From an uncultured Candidatus Peribacteria bacterium (GTDB taxonomy: Bacteria > Patescibacteriota > Gracilibacteria > Peribacterales > Peribacteraceae), in contig CAZKOO010000004.1 in NCBI GenBank assembly GCA_964554435.1, forward strand, positions 2,116 to 66,115: DNA of 64,000 nt, in the 5' to 3' direction. This document shows, one piece after another, positions 50,962 through 61,231 of the stretch (position 1 is the first letter of the stretch; every line of letters begins with the position of its first letter). The notes under the pieces are model-generated. The model did not search any database. It was not told the DNA's origin and saw nothing but the letters and a program-made list of their open reading frames with translations. The translations under genes were made by a program, and so were the position numbers.

Positions 50962-51065
50962 TTTGTATCTTTTCTTTCTCTGAATCCTCTGCCTCTTCTG
51001 TTCCTTCTGGAATCCTTGATTTCCTTGATTTCTTGGATCTCATTGAATTCCTTCCTCTGCATCTC

Positions 51066-51641
51066 CTACCTCTCTATCTCCTCCTCGACACGAGCGATGG
51101 TTGCGTCTAAGGCGCCATCTTTATTGATAATTTGTACGTCTGTTTGTGGTGCAATGGAAAGCTCATGGCGCATGCTCTCTATACGACGCTTCAGTTCCTC
51201 ATCCGCAATCGGTGCACGCTTTGTAATTTGTCGAATCAATTGCTCTTCATTTTCAGGAAGAATGAAGATTGTTTTCAGTGGATATTGACCTCCTTCTTGA
51301 AACAAGGGATGTTGTTTCATGGACAAAAAGCCCTGTACATCCACTTCGCGAATGACAATTTTCCCCTCTTCAATGGGAGGAATGATTTCAGAAATCAATG
51401 TTCCATAGCGTGCACTGTGATGTACTTGTGCCCATTCTAAAAATCTCCCTTCTTGCAGCCACTGCGTAAACTGTTCATCGGAAATAAAATGATATAAATC
51501 GCTCCCCTCACCTTCTCGCGGTGCACGTGTTGTCGCAGATTTTGGAAAAACATACTGCGGATGAACGCTTCGCAAGTGTCGTAAAATAGCGCTTTTTCCA
51601 ACGCCACTTGGGCCAATGAGAAGAATGAATCGACCGTGCAT
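51066..51641 (-). CDS. gmk: Guanylate kinase
   Basis: 191 aa from MHGRFILLIGPSGVGKS, with ...SATTRAPREGE. Confidence 0.9.
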   Translation of the reverse strand: MHGRFILLIGPSGVGKSAILRHLRSVHPQYVFPKSATTRAPREGEGSDLYHFISDEQFTQWLQEGRFLEWAQVHHSARYGTLISEIIPPIEEGKIVIREVDVQGFLSMKQHPLFQEGGQYPLKTIFILPENEEQLIRQITKRAPIADEELKRRIESMRHELSIAPQTDVQIINKDGALDATIARVEEEIER

Positions 51642-51720
51642 ACTGGCATCATAGCAAAAAATAGAAGGAAGAAAAATGGCTTGCGAAAAATGAAGCACCT
51701 GATCTGACAGATCTTATCGT

Positions 51721-52848
51721 ATGATACGATGTTCCAGAATGATTGTGTTTGACTCTCTGTCGCTTGGCTCTGGATGTATGTTACATTGTTCTGTCAGTGC
51801 TGGGGAGTCTGTCTGTTTCAAGGCGGAAAGCCAAAATATCCCACTGCTCCATCAGCTTTTTTCACTCTCTCTCCCTACACACAGTGGTGCATTTACAATC
51901 GAAGGAATGGATGCTTCTAGTCTGCCTGCACCTCTCGTTCAGCTCTATCGACGCAATACACTTTTCATGCGCCGAGAGAGCAATTCACAGAAGACTGTTG
52001 CGGATTTTCTCTTTAGACTTCTTGCGTTTAGCGGAGCATCTCTCTCTTCTATTTCTCTAAATGTTGATGCAATGTTGCGTCGACTCTCTCTTTTTGAGCA
52101 AAAACATACACCTGTTGCACAACTTCGATCGTACGATCTTTTTCGACTCTATCATGAGCGTATTTCGCTTTCGATGCCAAAAATGATTGTATGCGATGAC
52201 TTTTTGAACGATTGCACAGTACTTGAAAAAAAGGAGGTCTGCTCCATGCTTCAAGCTCTTTCTTCTGCGGGCGTTACAATTGTGCTCTTCCTTCGTCATC
52301 CGGAGCTCTTAGCATTTCCTTGTCGAGTGATTGATACACTGAATGAAAAAGGAATACTTGCAGCACAACAGAAACCCTTTCCATCGCTTTCGCTCGCAGC
52401 ATCTCACACTCCTTCTCGATCTACTCTTCGCATTCAATCGGATGATGCGCCTATAGAGACCACCCTGCAACCATCCCCTTCTCGAGACGAGGAATCAACC
52501 ATCGCCATCAACAATGATCAAGAACAGACTTCTACTTCGTGCATCATTACCTCAGTTGCAGAGGACACACTTGTATCAGTGCGCATTCAAGAAGAAATGA
52601 CGTCACATGTGCGCGCAACATACTCACGAGTACTCAGGAAGAAAATGGAGCAAGAAGTGTCTGTGCGTGTGCAAAAAAACGCGTCAACTCCTACCTCAAA
52701 GCCTTCTCGGCGTTCACGCAAAGAACGATCTTTTGAGCCCGCTCGCTACGTTCCAAAAAATAAGAAACTTGCAACACCAGTACTCAAAAATGATGTGAAT
52801 CGTGAGGCAAAAAGCTTGCCAGTGTTTTCGAGGAAATTTGACAAATAA
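51721..52848 (+). CDS. FtsE-like ABC-ATPase fold with eroded motifs plus basic disordered tail
   Basis: Collinear with ABC ATPases, but Walker A reads KAESQNIP, the signature reads LRSYDLFR, Walker B reads MIVCDDF and the H-loop reads FLRH. The C-terminal ~170 aa are Ser/Arg/Lys-rich. Confidence 0.45.
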   Translation: MIRCSRMIVFDSLSLGSGCMLHCSVSAGESVCFKAESQNIPLLHQLFSLSLPTHSGAFTIEGMDASSLPAPLVQLYRRNTLFMRRESNSQKTVADFLFRLLAFSGASLSSISLNVDAMLRRLSLFEQKHTPVAQLRSYDLFRLYHERISLSMPKMIVCDDFLNDCTVLEKKEVCSMLQALSSAGVTIVLFLRHPELLAFPCRVIDTLNEKGILAAQQKPFPSLSLAASHTPSRSTLRIQSDDAPIETTLQPSPSRDEESTIAINNDQEQTSTSCIITSVAEDTLVSVRIQEEMTSHVRATYSRVLRKKMEQEVSVRVQKNASTPTSKPSRRSRKERSFEPARYVPKNKKLATPVLKNDVNREAKSLPVFSRKFDK

Positions 52849-52890
52849 GTTTTATATTGTTATAATATAGATATTCTTATTTTTTCTTAT

Positions 52891-53319
52891 ATGTCACAAA
52901 CCTCTCATAACTCCATTAGTTCTTCTGAATTCAGCGCCACAGATCAAATGCCATTTTTCCAGATGTCTGAGGCTATGAACGGAAAAGACTTGGAGTCTGC
53001 AAAAAAATGCCTTGATTCTATTCTCATGAATGGAGAAATAAATGATTTTACTCAAGAATGGGCAATGATAGGAATACCTGAGGCAAACATTACCCTCAGT
53101 GATGATGAGCGTCAGCGAATCTGTGAATCTGGTTTCGCTGCATTGCCAGACGATAGATTCCGTCAGCTTCTTGTCTCTCCAAGTGAATTACTTGCTCTGA
53201 GTGACTATGTTCTTGAGCATGGTGGTCAGCATTGGAATACCGTTCCTGTTTCTGATGAAATTCAAGCTCTAACTCAACAAAGCTGGGAAAAACTTTCTGC
53301 ACACTTAACTGCAGAGTAA
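52891..53319 (+). CDS. Hypothetical acidic protein
   Basis: 142-aa ORF with no recognised motif. Confidence 0.45.
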   Translation: MSQTSHNSISSSEFSATDQMPFFQMSEAMNGKDLESAKKCLDSILMNGEINDFTQEWAMIGIPEANITLSDDERQRICESGFAALPDDRFRQLLVSPSELLALSDYVLEHGGQHWNTVPVSDEIQALTQQSWEKLSAHLTAE

Positions 53320-53662
53320 GAAGAATAATCTTGATTCATTGTATTTTTCCACTCGATCTTTTACTTGTACCGTATATTTTTACATACTGTACTACTACGC
53401 CAGTACAGTAGTATTTGGATCATTTTCATTCAATCAATCTTTCATCATTTTTTTGATGCTAGAATAAGATCTTACTTAAAGCATAATTTGATGATTCTAT
53501 TTTTTGATATTTGTACTTGTGTACTAGTACGATAGTACAGGATTCCGGCAGGTAGTTGGTAGAGCGATGAATCACGTCTCTACAGTCCCTATTCATTTCC
53601 TTACATACCTTACATCCATTATCTTTCCTTTGAATCGTCTGATTCTTTTGTTTCTTCTCAAC

Positions 53663-53729
53663 CCTTCATTCATCATCCGCAGGTAGAAACCTGCTCCCTT
53701 TTTATTCTTACCTTCCTTACCTACATTAC
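53663..53729. repeat. ~70-bp module containing a REP hairpin
   Basis: CCTTCATTCATCATCCGCAGGTAGAAACCTGCTCCCTTTTTATTCTTACCTTCCTTACCTACATTAC is similar to 63293-63369. Confidence 0.7.
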
Positions 53730-53743
53730 TTCCCTTACCTTCC

Positions 53744-54790
53744 TCACTTGCACCACTTCAGCTCACCCTTCATCTCTACTTTCTTTGAACCTCCATCGAC
53801 AATGACTCCAATTTCTGTACATGGCACACCGTGGCCTTCGATGTGTGCAATGATCTCTTCTTTGTGTTGTGGATCGATGGCAATCGTGAGGCCGGCACCA
53901 AGGTTAAATGTTTGGATCATATCTGCATCATCATTCTTCGACCACTCTTTGATGACGCTAAAAATTGTAGGAATCTTGAGGCGAGATGCATCAATTTCAG
54001 CATTCATGGTACTAGGCAAAATGCGATCTAAATTTCCAGGGATTCCTCCGCCAGTAATGTGTGCCATGCCATGCAGTGCAGGATGTGTGAAGAGATCTTT
54101 CATTGTGTGATAGTAACAGCGATGTGGCGTGAGAATGGCATCGATGAACGTTCCATCATCTACTTTCACGTCTGCAATTTCAGGATATTCTTTGAGGAGC
54201 GCGCGAATGAGCGTGTAGCCATTGGTGTGAAGTCCGCTACTTTCAAGCGCAAGGACAATGTCTCCTGCCTGAATCTTGGACCCATCTACAATCTGATCTT
54301 TCTCAGCAACGCCGATGCAACTTGCGCCCAGAACGTACGTCCCTGCTTCGAGTACTGCTGGCTGTTCCGATGTTTCGCCTCCAGTGAGAACTGCACCTTG
54401 CGCCTTGCAGGCAGAAGCAAGATCGCGCACCAAACTTTTCACAACGTCTTGTTCCAATTTTCCGCACACAATAAGATCTTGAACAAATTTTGGATGCGCA
54501 CCCATCACCATGACATCATTCACCAAGTGATGAATGAGATCGTCGCAAATACCTTTTGTTTTCTTGTACTTAAATGCAAGAATTTGCTTGCTTCCTGGCT
54601 CTTCCATCTTACACACAAGCACGGGGTGCTTGAATTCTGGAAAACTTCCATCGCAGAGCGATGCAAACGCACCAATGCTGTTGAGTACGAGAGGATTATC
54701 AGTCTCTAAACTTTCTGCCATTTGCTCTTTTGTGCGGTCTGCGTTTGCAATATCTACCCCCGCAGAACTGTAGGAAATTTTCTGTGTCAT
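53744..54790 (-). CDS. purM: Phosphoribosylformylglycinamidine cyclo-ligase (AIR synthetase)
   Basis: 348 aa with YSSAGVDI, GAFASL and GLHTNGYTL motifs. Confidence 0.92.
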   Translation of the reverse strand: MTQKISYSSAGVDIANADRTKEQMAESLETDNPLVLNSIGAFASLCDGSFPEFKHPVLVCKMEEPGSKQILAFKYKKTKGICDDLIHHLVNDVMVMGAHPKFVQDLIVCGKLEQDVVKSLVRDLASACKAQGAVLTGGETSEQPAVLEAGTYVLGASCIGVAEKDQIVDGSKIQAGDIVLALESSGLHTNGYTLIRALLKEYPEIADVKVDDGTFIDAILTPHRCYYHTMKDLFTHPALHGMAHITGGGIPGNLDRILPSTMNAEIDASRLKIPTIFSVIKEWSKNDDADMIQTFNLGAGLTIAIDPQHKEEIIAHIEGHGVPCTEIGVIVDGGSKKVEMKGELKWCK

Positions 54791-54860
54791 ACATGGAGTG
54801 TACAGGAAAAAAGATCAAAAGAAAAAGGATGAAATCCAATAATTTATGTTGATCAATATG

Positions 54861-55322
54861 CTATAACCTAGCTTCTTCTACCATATATGCATCTGGATCA
54901 TCAGGTGTTCCCTGATGATGTAAACTTACAACTGATGGAAAGGACCCTCCTAGTTCAGTGAGAGCAATAGGATTAATCATTTTCGCACCCCCCCCTTCAT
55001 CTGTATCTAGTCCAAAGCGATTCGCAATACTTGCAACAACTCTTCTAGCCTCGTTTACAGGTACATTAGGAACTGCTAGGTCAACATCAAAATTATCACC
55101 AATTGGACTTCTGTCTTCTGAATCATCATCGCAACGGACAACAGATTCTCCTGTAGTTACTACATGTTCATCAACTTGAGCAAAAGCACCAGTGCCATTT
55201 AAAAAGTCACGAAGATCTTCAGCTGGCATACCAGGCAAACCCCAATGTGGACTTCCTAGACCGTCGACGACTAGGGTTGGATCATGTTCTGATGATGTGA
55301 CACCATCTTCTAAAGTTGACAT
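54861..55322 (-). CDS. Hypothetical acidic protein
   Basis: 153-aa ORF with no recognised motif. Confidence 0.45.
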   Translation of the reverse strand: MSTLEDGVTSSEHDPTLVVDGLGSPHWGLPGMPAEDLRDFLNGTGAFAQVDEHVVTTGESVVRCDDDSEDRSPIGDNFDVDLAVPNVPVNEARRVVASIANRFGLDTDEGGGAKMINPIALTELGGSFPSVVSLHHQGTPDDPDAYMVEEARL

Positions 55323-55361
55323 ACACCTACTTTAGAACATGTCATACTTTCTTGTCAAATG

Positions 55362-56714
55362 CTACTCTTTTGCAAAATGAAGATCAGATTCTTTGGAGAA
55401 TTGTTCAAGAATGTCGCGCCAGATACTGGAGAAAATCTTCTGCTTTGAACCAATGGGTACAGTAAATTTGAGAGAAAGCGTGATGCCTTTGATGTCGATG
55501 CCAATATCCACTGTTGGATCGCGCACTTCGCTAAAGGTAAAAAAGAGTGCGGTACGACGCTTTTGCTGAGAGCGAGCTGCTTTTGCAAAGGATGCAACGT
55601 GCTTATCGAGAATGCTCATGAGAATGGATTCTGCTTTTTTCCAGTTACTACTGTGTGTGAGGACCATCGATAGCTCGACACCAAAGTAGTCCGATGCTGC
55701 ATTGAAGTTAAGAACTGGTTCACGCAGAACAAGTGCGTTGGGCATAAAGAGAATTTTTCCTGCGCGCTCTTGAGGGTTTGCCACTCCTTGCGTTAATACC
55801 TCACGCATAGTCGTTCGCAGCAAACCAATATCAATGACGTCTCCTGTGTACTGACCAATAGACACTCTGTTTCCGAGAGAATAGAGATGGCGATTGACAA
55901 TGATCACCCATCCAAATACATCTTTAATAATGTCTTGCATGGCAATGGCAAAACCAGCACCCACAATGGCCAGTGAAGCAAGTGCGTTTGGATGATCGAA
56001 TAAAATCTTGGTGAGAACAATGAAAATCGCAAACAGATAGATGCTTCCTGAAATGAGTTTTGAGAGTAAGTATCGACGATAGTTATCTTCAATTGTGCGA
56101 ACAAATCGACGCTTAATCCAACGATCGAGAAGAATGGCAACGACAAGAATGAATACATAGTTCAACGCACCGATAAATTTCTCCGCTTGCTCAAAACGCA
56201 CATCCCACTCCAAAGTATTCACTCTTTTTTGGGCGAGAATTAAGCCATCTTCAAATGCATTTTTCTGCTCCTCAAGAAGGGCAACACGTGTTTGCAACTC
56301 TGCAAGTGACTGTGTTATTTTCAATCCTTCAGGCACGCCATTTGTTTTTTCTGTATACATTTTTTGTTCAGATTTTAATAGATCAAGATCAACTTCTTGT
56401 GCACGAATTCGTTCACTGAGAACATCTACTACTTTCTGCGCCTGTTCAAGGAGTTGTGTATTGGAAAGAAGATGATTTTCTTTTTCTGGCTGTGCGAATG
56501 ACTGGATGATTTTTTGCACATCACTCTCCGCTGTTTTTCGCAACTTCATTCGCAAATCGAGAACTCTTTTTTCAAGATACACATCGGGTTTTTGAATGCC
56601 TTCTTGCGTGAGAAAAACATTATACAACACGCGCTCGTCATATGTTGGGCTCCATGCTGCGTATGCAGAAGAACAGTAGAAAAAGAGTGACAGTGCAACA
56701 ACAAATCTTTTCAT
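55362..56714 (-). CDS. Mechanosensitive ion channel (MscS family) with N-terminal coiled-coil extension
   Basis: Signal peptide and TM helices, plus the MscS beta domain GDVIDIGLLRTTMREV...ILFMPNALVLREPVLNF. Confidence 0.8.
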   Translation of the reverse strand: MKRFVVALSLFFYCSSAYAAWSPTYDERVLYNVFLTQEGIQKPDVYLEKRVLDLRMKLRKTAESDVQKIIQSFAQPEKENHLLSNTQLLEQAQKVVDVLSERIRAQEVDLDLLKSEQKMYTEKTNGVPEGLKITQSLAELQTRVALLEEQKNAFEDGLILAQKRVNTLEWDVRFEQAEKFIGALNYVFILVVAILLDRWIKRRFVRTIEDNYRRYLLSKLISGSIYLFAIFIVLTKILFDHPNALASLAIVGAGFAIAMQDIIKDVFGWVIIVNRHLYSLGNRVSIGQYTGDVIDIGLLRTTMREVLTQGVANPQERAGKILFMPNALVLREPVLNFNAASDYFGVELSMVLTHSSNWKKAESILMSILDKHVASFAKAARSQQKRRTALFFTFSEVRDPTVDIGIDIKGITLSLKFTVPIGSKQKIFSSIWRDILEQFSKESDLHFAKE

Positions 56715-56754
56715 GAAGATAGTATACAGAAAACAACAATCTTTTTCTAAGATA

Positions 56755-57447
56755 TTATGAAATTGAATTTACAAATTCCTGCATCCATCTTTTATACCAA
56801 GGCATTGATTTCTCCATTTTTTCAAAACATCTGAGTGCGTCAAGTCGTAGTAATCGTGCTTCCTCATCTGTTACTCTTACTCTTTGTGCTTTCTCTCCAA
56901 TTTTACCTATTACTAATTGATAATAGTGACCATCATTTCTTCCAATGATGACATTCTTTGGGAGAAGGTCTTCTATAGTCAAATCAGCTGTTGCGATATT
57001 TGGCAGAGAAACTACTGCGTCAGCATACTCTGCAGAAACAGTTCCATTATCCCGCACAAGACATGGCAAAGGAAGACGTTGTAATACAAAGCGTTTAATA
57101 AGAGCTACCATCGATACTGATTGAATAGAATCATTTTGAACAGGTTTTTCGACCTCATTTTTCAGATCATTACTCATCAGCATTTTCGCTATTTTTTCTA
57201 CAACAGAAGGGCAGATTGTTTCTATGCAATCAACGCCATATTCAGCAAAAAAAATTGGAAAGAGCAGAGTCTTAATTGCTGCATTTTCAACGAGGTCCAT
57301 AGAAAGATTTTTTCGTTGAAAGAGAGCTTGGATTTTTTGTAACACAACATCACTTTGCTCTCGAAGAAATTCTTCTACTGCATCTAATTTCTGAGCCAAA
57401 AATTCTGGAGGCTGAGGTGAAGTTTTTAGCCTCGAATATTTATCCAT
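56755..57447 (-). CDS. Hypothetical protein
   Basis: 230-aa ORF with no recognised motif. Confidence 0.5.
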   Translation of the reverse strand: MDKYSRLKTSPQPPEFLAQKLDAVEEFLREQSDVVLQKIQALFQRKNLSMDLVENAAIKTLLFPIFFAEYGVDCIETICPSVVEKIAKMLMSNDLKNEVEKPVQNDSIQSVSMVALIKRFVLQRLPLPCLVRDNGTVSAEYADAVVSLPNIATADLTIEDLLPKNVIIGRNDGHYYQLVIGKIGEKAQRVRVTDEEARLLRLDALRCFEKMEKSMPWYKRWMQEFVNSIS

Positions 57448-57517
57448 AAGGTCTTAGTATAAAAAAGGTGACGCCTTCGCGCCACCTTTTTGACTACATT
57501 TTTTGTTCAATCTACTT

Positions 57518-59629
57518 TTATCCAAGGATACCTGTTCCGTAGAGCCCTGCTGTGAGAACAGAAACGATGGACATCAATTTTACAAGAATGTTGAGAGCAG
57601 GTCCTGATGTATCCTTGAAAGGATCACCAACAGTATCTCCAATGACCGCTGCTTTGTGACAGTCAGAACCCTTGCCACCATGTGCACCAGTTTCGATGTA
57701 CTTCTTTGCGTTGTCCCACGCACCACCAGAGTTTGCCATGGACATACCAAGCATGATGGCACTCACGAGTGTTCCTGCAAGAAGACCACCAAGAGCTTCT
57801 TTACCAAGAAGCATTCCAACGACAATTGGAGAGATCATAGCAAGAAGACCAGGGAGAATCATCTCGCGAATAGCGGCGGATGTTGCAATGGCAACACAAC
57901 GCTCAGAGTCTCCATCTGCTGTTCCTTCCATGAGTCCTTTGATCTCCTTAAATTGACGACGAACTTCTTCGATAATTGCCATAGCAGCGCGACCAACAGC
58001 ACGCATAGTCATGGAAGAGAAGAGGAATGGAAGCATGCCTCCAATGAGAATTCCAATGAGAGTTGTTGGACGAGTGACATCAATCACATCGATGTGTGCT
58101 GCTTCCTTATATGCACCAAAGAGTGCCAAGCACATGAAGCCAGCAACCCCAATGGCAAAGCCTTTTCCAATCGCTGCTGTGGTGTTTCCTGCAGAGTCGA
58201 GAGCGTCTGTTGTCTCGCGTACTTCTTTTGGAAGACCACTCATTTCTGCAATACCACCTGCGTTGTCGGCAACTGGACCGAATGCATCAATGGCAAGAGT
58301 CATGCCAAGAGTCATGAGCATTCCCACTGCACCAATTCCAATACCATACATTCCTGCAACTTTGAATGCGATGCCGATTGCACCTGCCATCACAAGAACA
58401 GGAAGTGCTGTGGACATGTATCCAAGTGCAAGTCCTTCGATGAGCACAGTAGCAGCACCAGTCTGAGAAGCCTTTGCAAGAGATTGCACTGGAGCAAAAG
58501 AGAATGATGTGTAGTACTCAGTGATGAGACCGATGAACACACCAGACACAAGACCTGCAGTTGCTGCATAGAACACACCCATTGCAACCTCTGCTGGAAG
58601 AAGAGCTTTTGCAAGGAAGTATGTTGCGATCATTGCGAACACAGAAGAAAGGAGCATGCCAGTCTTGAGTGCGTTTTGCACGCCAGAAACATTCTTTGTG
58701 CGCACAAAGAAGATGGCAAGAATGGTTGCAAAAATTCCTGTTGCAGAAATGATGAGAGGGAAGATGAGTGCGCGTTCTACTCCCCATGTCACAGTGAGTC
58801 CAACAAGCATGGTTGCGAGAATAGCACCAATGTAACTTTCAAAGAGATCAGCACCCATTCCTGCAACGTCACCAACGTTGTCTCCTACGTTATCTGCAAT
58901 CACTGCAGGGTTACGAGGGTCATCTTCTGGAATATTTTTTTCCACCTTTCCGACGAGGTCCGCACCAACGTCAGCGGCCTTTGTGTAAATACCTCCACCG
59001 ACACGAGCGAAGAGAGCAACACAAGAAGCACCAAAACTAAAACCAGTGAGTGCATTGAGAGCAGAAACATTATCGAGAGAGTAGGAAAACATCAGAAGAA
59101 GTGTTCCGACAAATCCGATGAGACCAAGACCAACAACAGAGAGGCCCATGGTTGCACCACTGAAGAAAGACACACGGAGTGCCTTGGTGATGCTTGTGCG
59201 AGCTGCTTCGGTTGTGCGCATGTTTGCAAGTGTTGCTGTGCGCATGCCAATGAACCCTGCAAGAGCAGAGGTGAATGCACCAACGATGAAGCTGAGTGCA
59301 GTAAATGGAATACCCATTTCTGCATCGATGTTTCGATCGATGAAATACCAAATAAGCAGTGCGGCAACAATCATGAATGGTCCAATGACCATGTATTCCT
59401 GCTTGAGGAATGCCATTGCACCAGCACGAATTTTTCCACCGAGGTGACGCATCAAGTCGTTACCATCGGATTGTTTCAGAATATAACTGCGGAAACAAAG
59501 TGCAGTGAGAATAGAAAAAATTCCCGATGCAAAAGTAATCCACAAAAGTGATGTGAATGAGAGAAGAGAGAGTGAATCAAACATAGGATGGGAAGAAAAA
59601 AGCTCCCTATCATTACCTATAGATGGCAT
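57518..59629 (-). CDS. hppA: Membrane-bound proton/sodium-translocating pyrophosphatase
   Basis: GGGIYTKAADVGADLVGKVE and DNVGDNVGDVAGMGADLFES motifs. The start is uncertain (59629 or 59584). Confidence 0.92.
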   Translation of the reverse strand: MPSIGNDRELFSSHPMFDSLSLLSFTSLLWITFASGIFSILTALCFRSYILKQSDGNDLMRHLGGKIRAGAMAFLKQEYMVIGPFMIVAALLIWYFIDRNIDAEMGIPFTALSFIVGAFTSALAGFIGMRTATLANMRTTEAARTSITKALRVSFFSGATMGLSVVGLGLIGFVGTLLLMFSYSLDNVSALNALTGFSFGASCVALFARVGGGIYTKAADVGADLVGKVEKNIPEDDPRNPAVIADNVGDNVGDVAGMGADLFESYIGAILATMLVGLTVTWGVERALIFPLIISATGIFATILAIFFVRTKNVSGVQNALKTGMLLSSVFAMIATYFLAKALLPAEVAMGVFYAATAGLVSGVFIGLITEYYTSFSFAPVQSLAKASQTGAATVLIEGLALGYMSTALPVLVMAGAIGIAFKVAGMYGIGIGAVGMLMTLGMTLAIDAFGPVADNAGGIAEMSGLPKEVRETTDALDSAGNTTAAIGKGFAIGVAGFMCLALFGAYKEAAHIDVIDVTRPTTLIGILIGGMLPFLFSSMTMRAVGRAAMAIIEEVRRQFKEIKGLMEGTADGDSERCVAIATSAAIREMILPGLLAMISPIVVGMLLGKEALGGLLAGTLVSAIMLGMSMANSGGAWDNAKKYIETGAHGGKGSDCHKAAVIGDTVGDPFKDTSGPALNILVKLMSIVSVLTAGLYGTGILG

Positions 59630-59850
59630 GAAGCGCAAGTGAAAGCCATCATCACTGAATTGATATTTTTACTAAAAATGATGAAATAGATATTCCTGTT
59701 TTTCCATTCTCAGAGCCACGATACGTTAGGTCAACTATGCTTTTTATCACTGCATCGTGAAGACGATTTGCGTCAATAGAATTTATGCATCATTCAGAGA
59801 AAAAATGCATATAATGATATCCAGTCTTTTTATTTCTTCCCCTTCTCACC

Positions 59851-60072
59851 ATGCCAGTTAAGAAAACTGCAAAAAAGGCGGCTCCAAAGGCTGCTAAGAA
59901 GGTAGCTACAACAAAGAAAGCAGCTCCAAAGGCTGCAAAGAAAGTAGCTACAACAAAGAAAGCAGCTCCAAAGGCTGCAAAGAAAGTAGCGGCAAAGAAG
60001 CCAGCTGCGAAAAAAGTAGTAGCAAAGGCAAAGAAGCCAGCTGCTAAGAAAGTCGTAGCAAAGAAAAAATAG
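59851..60072 (+). CDS. Histone H1-like Lys/Ala-rich DNA-binding protein
   Basis: 73 aa with a 42-bp tandem unit encoding AAPKAAKKVATTKK (about 3 copies). Confidence 0.6.
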   Translation: MPVKKTAKKAAPKAAKKVATTKKAAPKAAKKVATTKKAAPKAAKKVAAKKPAAKKVVAKAKKPAAKKVVAKKK

Positions 60073-60095
60073 TGCTACCTTCGTTCTTTTTCGCG

Positions 60096-60126
60096 AAAAA
60101 GAGCCTCGCTTGCGGGGCTTTTTTTA
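60096..60126 (+). terminator. Rho-independent terminator
   Basis: AGCCTC-gcttgc-GGGGCT stem followed by TTTTTTT. Confidence 0.65.
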
Positions 60127-60230
60127 GTTTGTAGTTTGTAGTGGGTAGTAGGTAGAATATCCGAAGAAAAAGAGTAAAGATCTCTTTCTGTCTACTATCA
60201 ACTATCTACTATCTACTATTTACTACCCAC
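60124..60230. repeat. Opposed word arrays
   Basis: TTAGTTTGTAGTTTGTAGTGGGTAGTAGGTAGAAT ... GTCTACTATCAACTATCTACTATCTACTATTTACTACCCAC. Confidence 0.75.
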
Positions 60231-60236
60231 TCTCCC

Positions 60237-60713
60237 ATGTCTTCCCTTGCAACCTTTGGCGCTGGATGTTTTTGGGGAGTGGAAGAAACATTTCTTGCAC
60301 TTGATGGAGTACTTGATACACACGTTGGATACAGCGGAGGAAGAACAAAAGATCCAACCTATGAGGATGTGTGCTGGAATGAAACAGGGCATGCAGAAGT
60401 GGTGCAGATTGAATTTGATCCATCCATCATTTCATACGAAACACTCCTCGATGTTTTTTTTGCATCACACAATCCAACGACCTTGAATCAGCAAGGCCCT
60501 GATTTTGGATCGCAATATCGTTCGGTTATTTTCTACCACTCTGAAGAACAGAAAAAAATTGCCGAACAGAGAAGGACAAAAGAAAGCAACTCAGGAAAGT
60601 GGAACGGAAAATCAATTGTGACAGAAATTGTTCCATTTGAAGTGTTCTATCCTGCAGAGGAGTATCATCAGAAGTATCTTCGAAAAAATGGTCGTTCTTC
60701 TTGCCATCTGTAA
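60237..60713 (+). CDS. msrA: Peptide methionine sulfoxide reductase MsrA
   Basis: 158 aa with the GAGCFWGVE active site. Confidence 0.92.
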   Translation: MSSLATFGAGCFWGVEETFLALDGVLDTHVGYSGGRTKDPTYEDVCWNETGHAEVVQIEFDPSIISYETLLDVFFASHNPTTLNQQGPDFGSQYRSVIFYHSEEQKKIAEQRRTKESNSGKWNGKSIVTEIVPFEVFYPAEEYHQKYLRKNGRSSCHL

Positions 60714-60721
60714 CTCTGTCT

Positions 60722-61210
60722 ATGTCATCGCTCTCACTTCTCTTCATCGTTGCATCGACCAGTGGACACACGCAGTATGTCGTCGAACGTGTCACGGAAT
60801 CCATTCAAAAAAACACTTCATACACTCCTCGTATCGTTCGCGCAGAACATGCCGCTATCGATGATCTTTTGTCTGCAGATGTTCTTATTTTTGCATCAGG
60901 TACATGGAACACCAATGGAAAGGAGGGGCAACTGAATCCACACATGCATGCATTCTTCGAAGAGCGATGCAAAGAGATTGATCTGACAGGGAAAAAAATG
61001 GCCTGCATTAGCCTTGGTGATGATCGATATTACTTCACCACACGATGCACCGAACATTTTTTTGCCTTCCAAAAACGCACACATTTGACGTCGCTGTGCA
61101 TGCCTCTTGTCATTGTCAATGAGCCATATGATCAGCATGAGCGCATCGATGCATGGACAAAGAAATTTGTCACAACTGTACAATCTGTAACACCTCTTCT
61201 TCATTCTTAA
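60722..61210 (+). CDS. Flavodoxin-like protein
   Basis: LLFIVASTSGHTQ FMN-phosphate loop and ...LIFASGTWN. Confidence 0.7.
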   Translation: MSSLSLLFIVASTSGHTQYVVERVTESIQKNTSYTPRIVRAEHAAIDDLLSADVLIFASGTWNTNGKEGQLNPHMHAFFEERCKEIDLTGKKMACISLGDDRYYFTTRCTEHFFAFQKRTHLTSLCMPLVIVNEPYDQHERIDAWTKKFVTTVQSVTPLLHS

Positions 61211-61231
61211 TTCTTCATTTTTCATTTCTGT

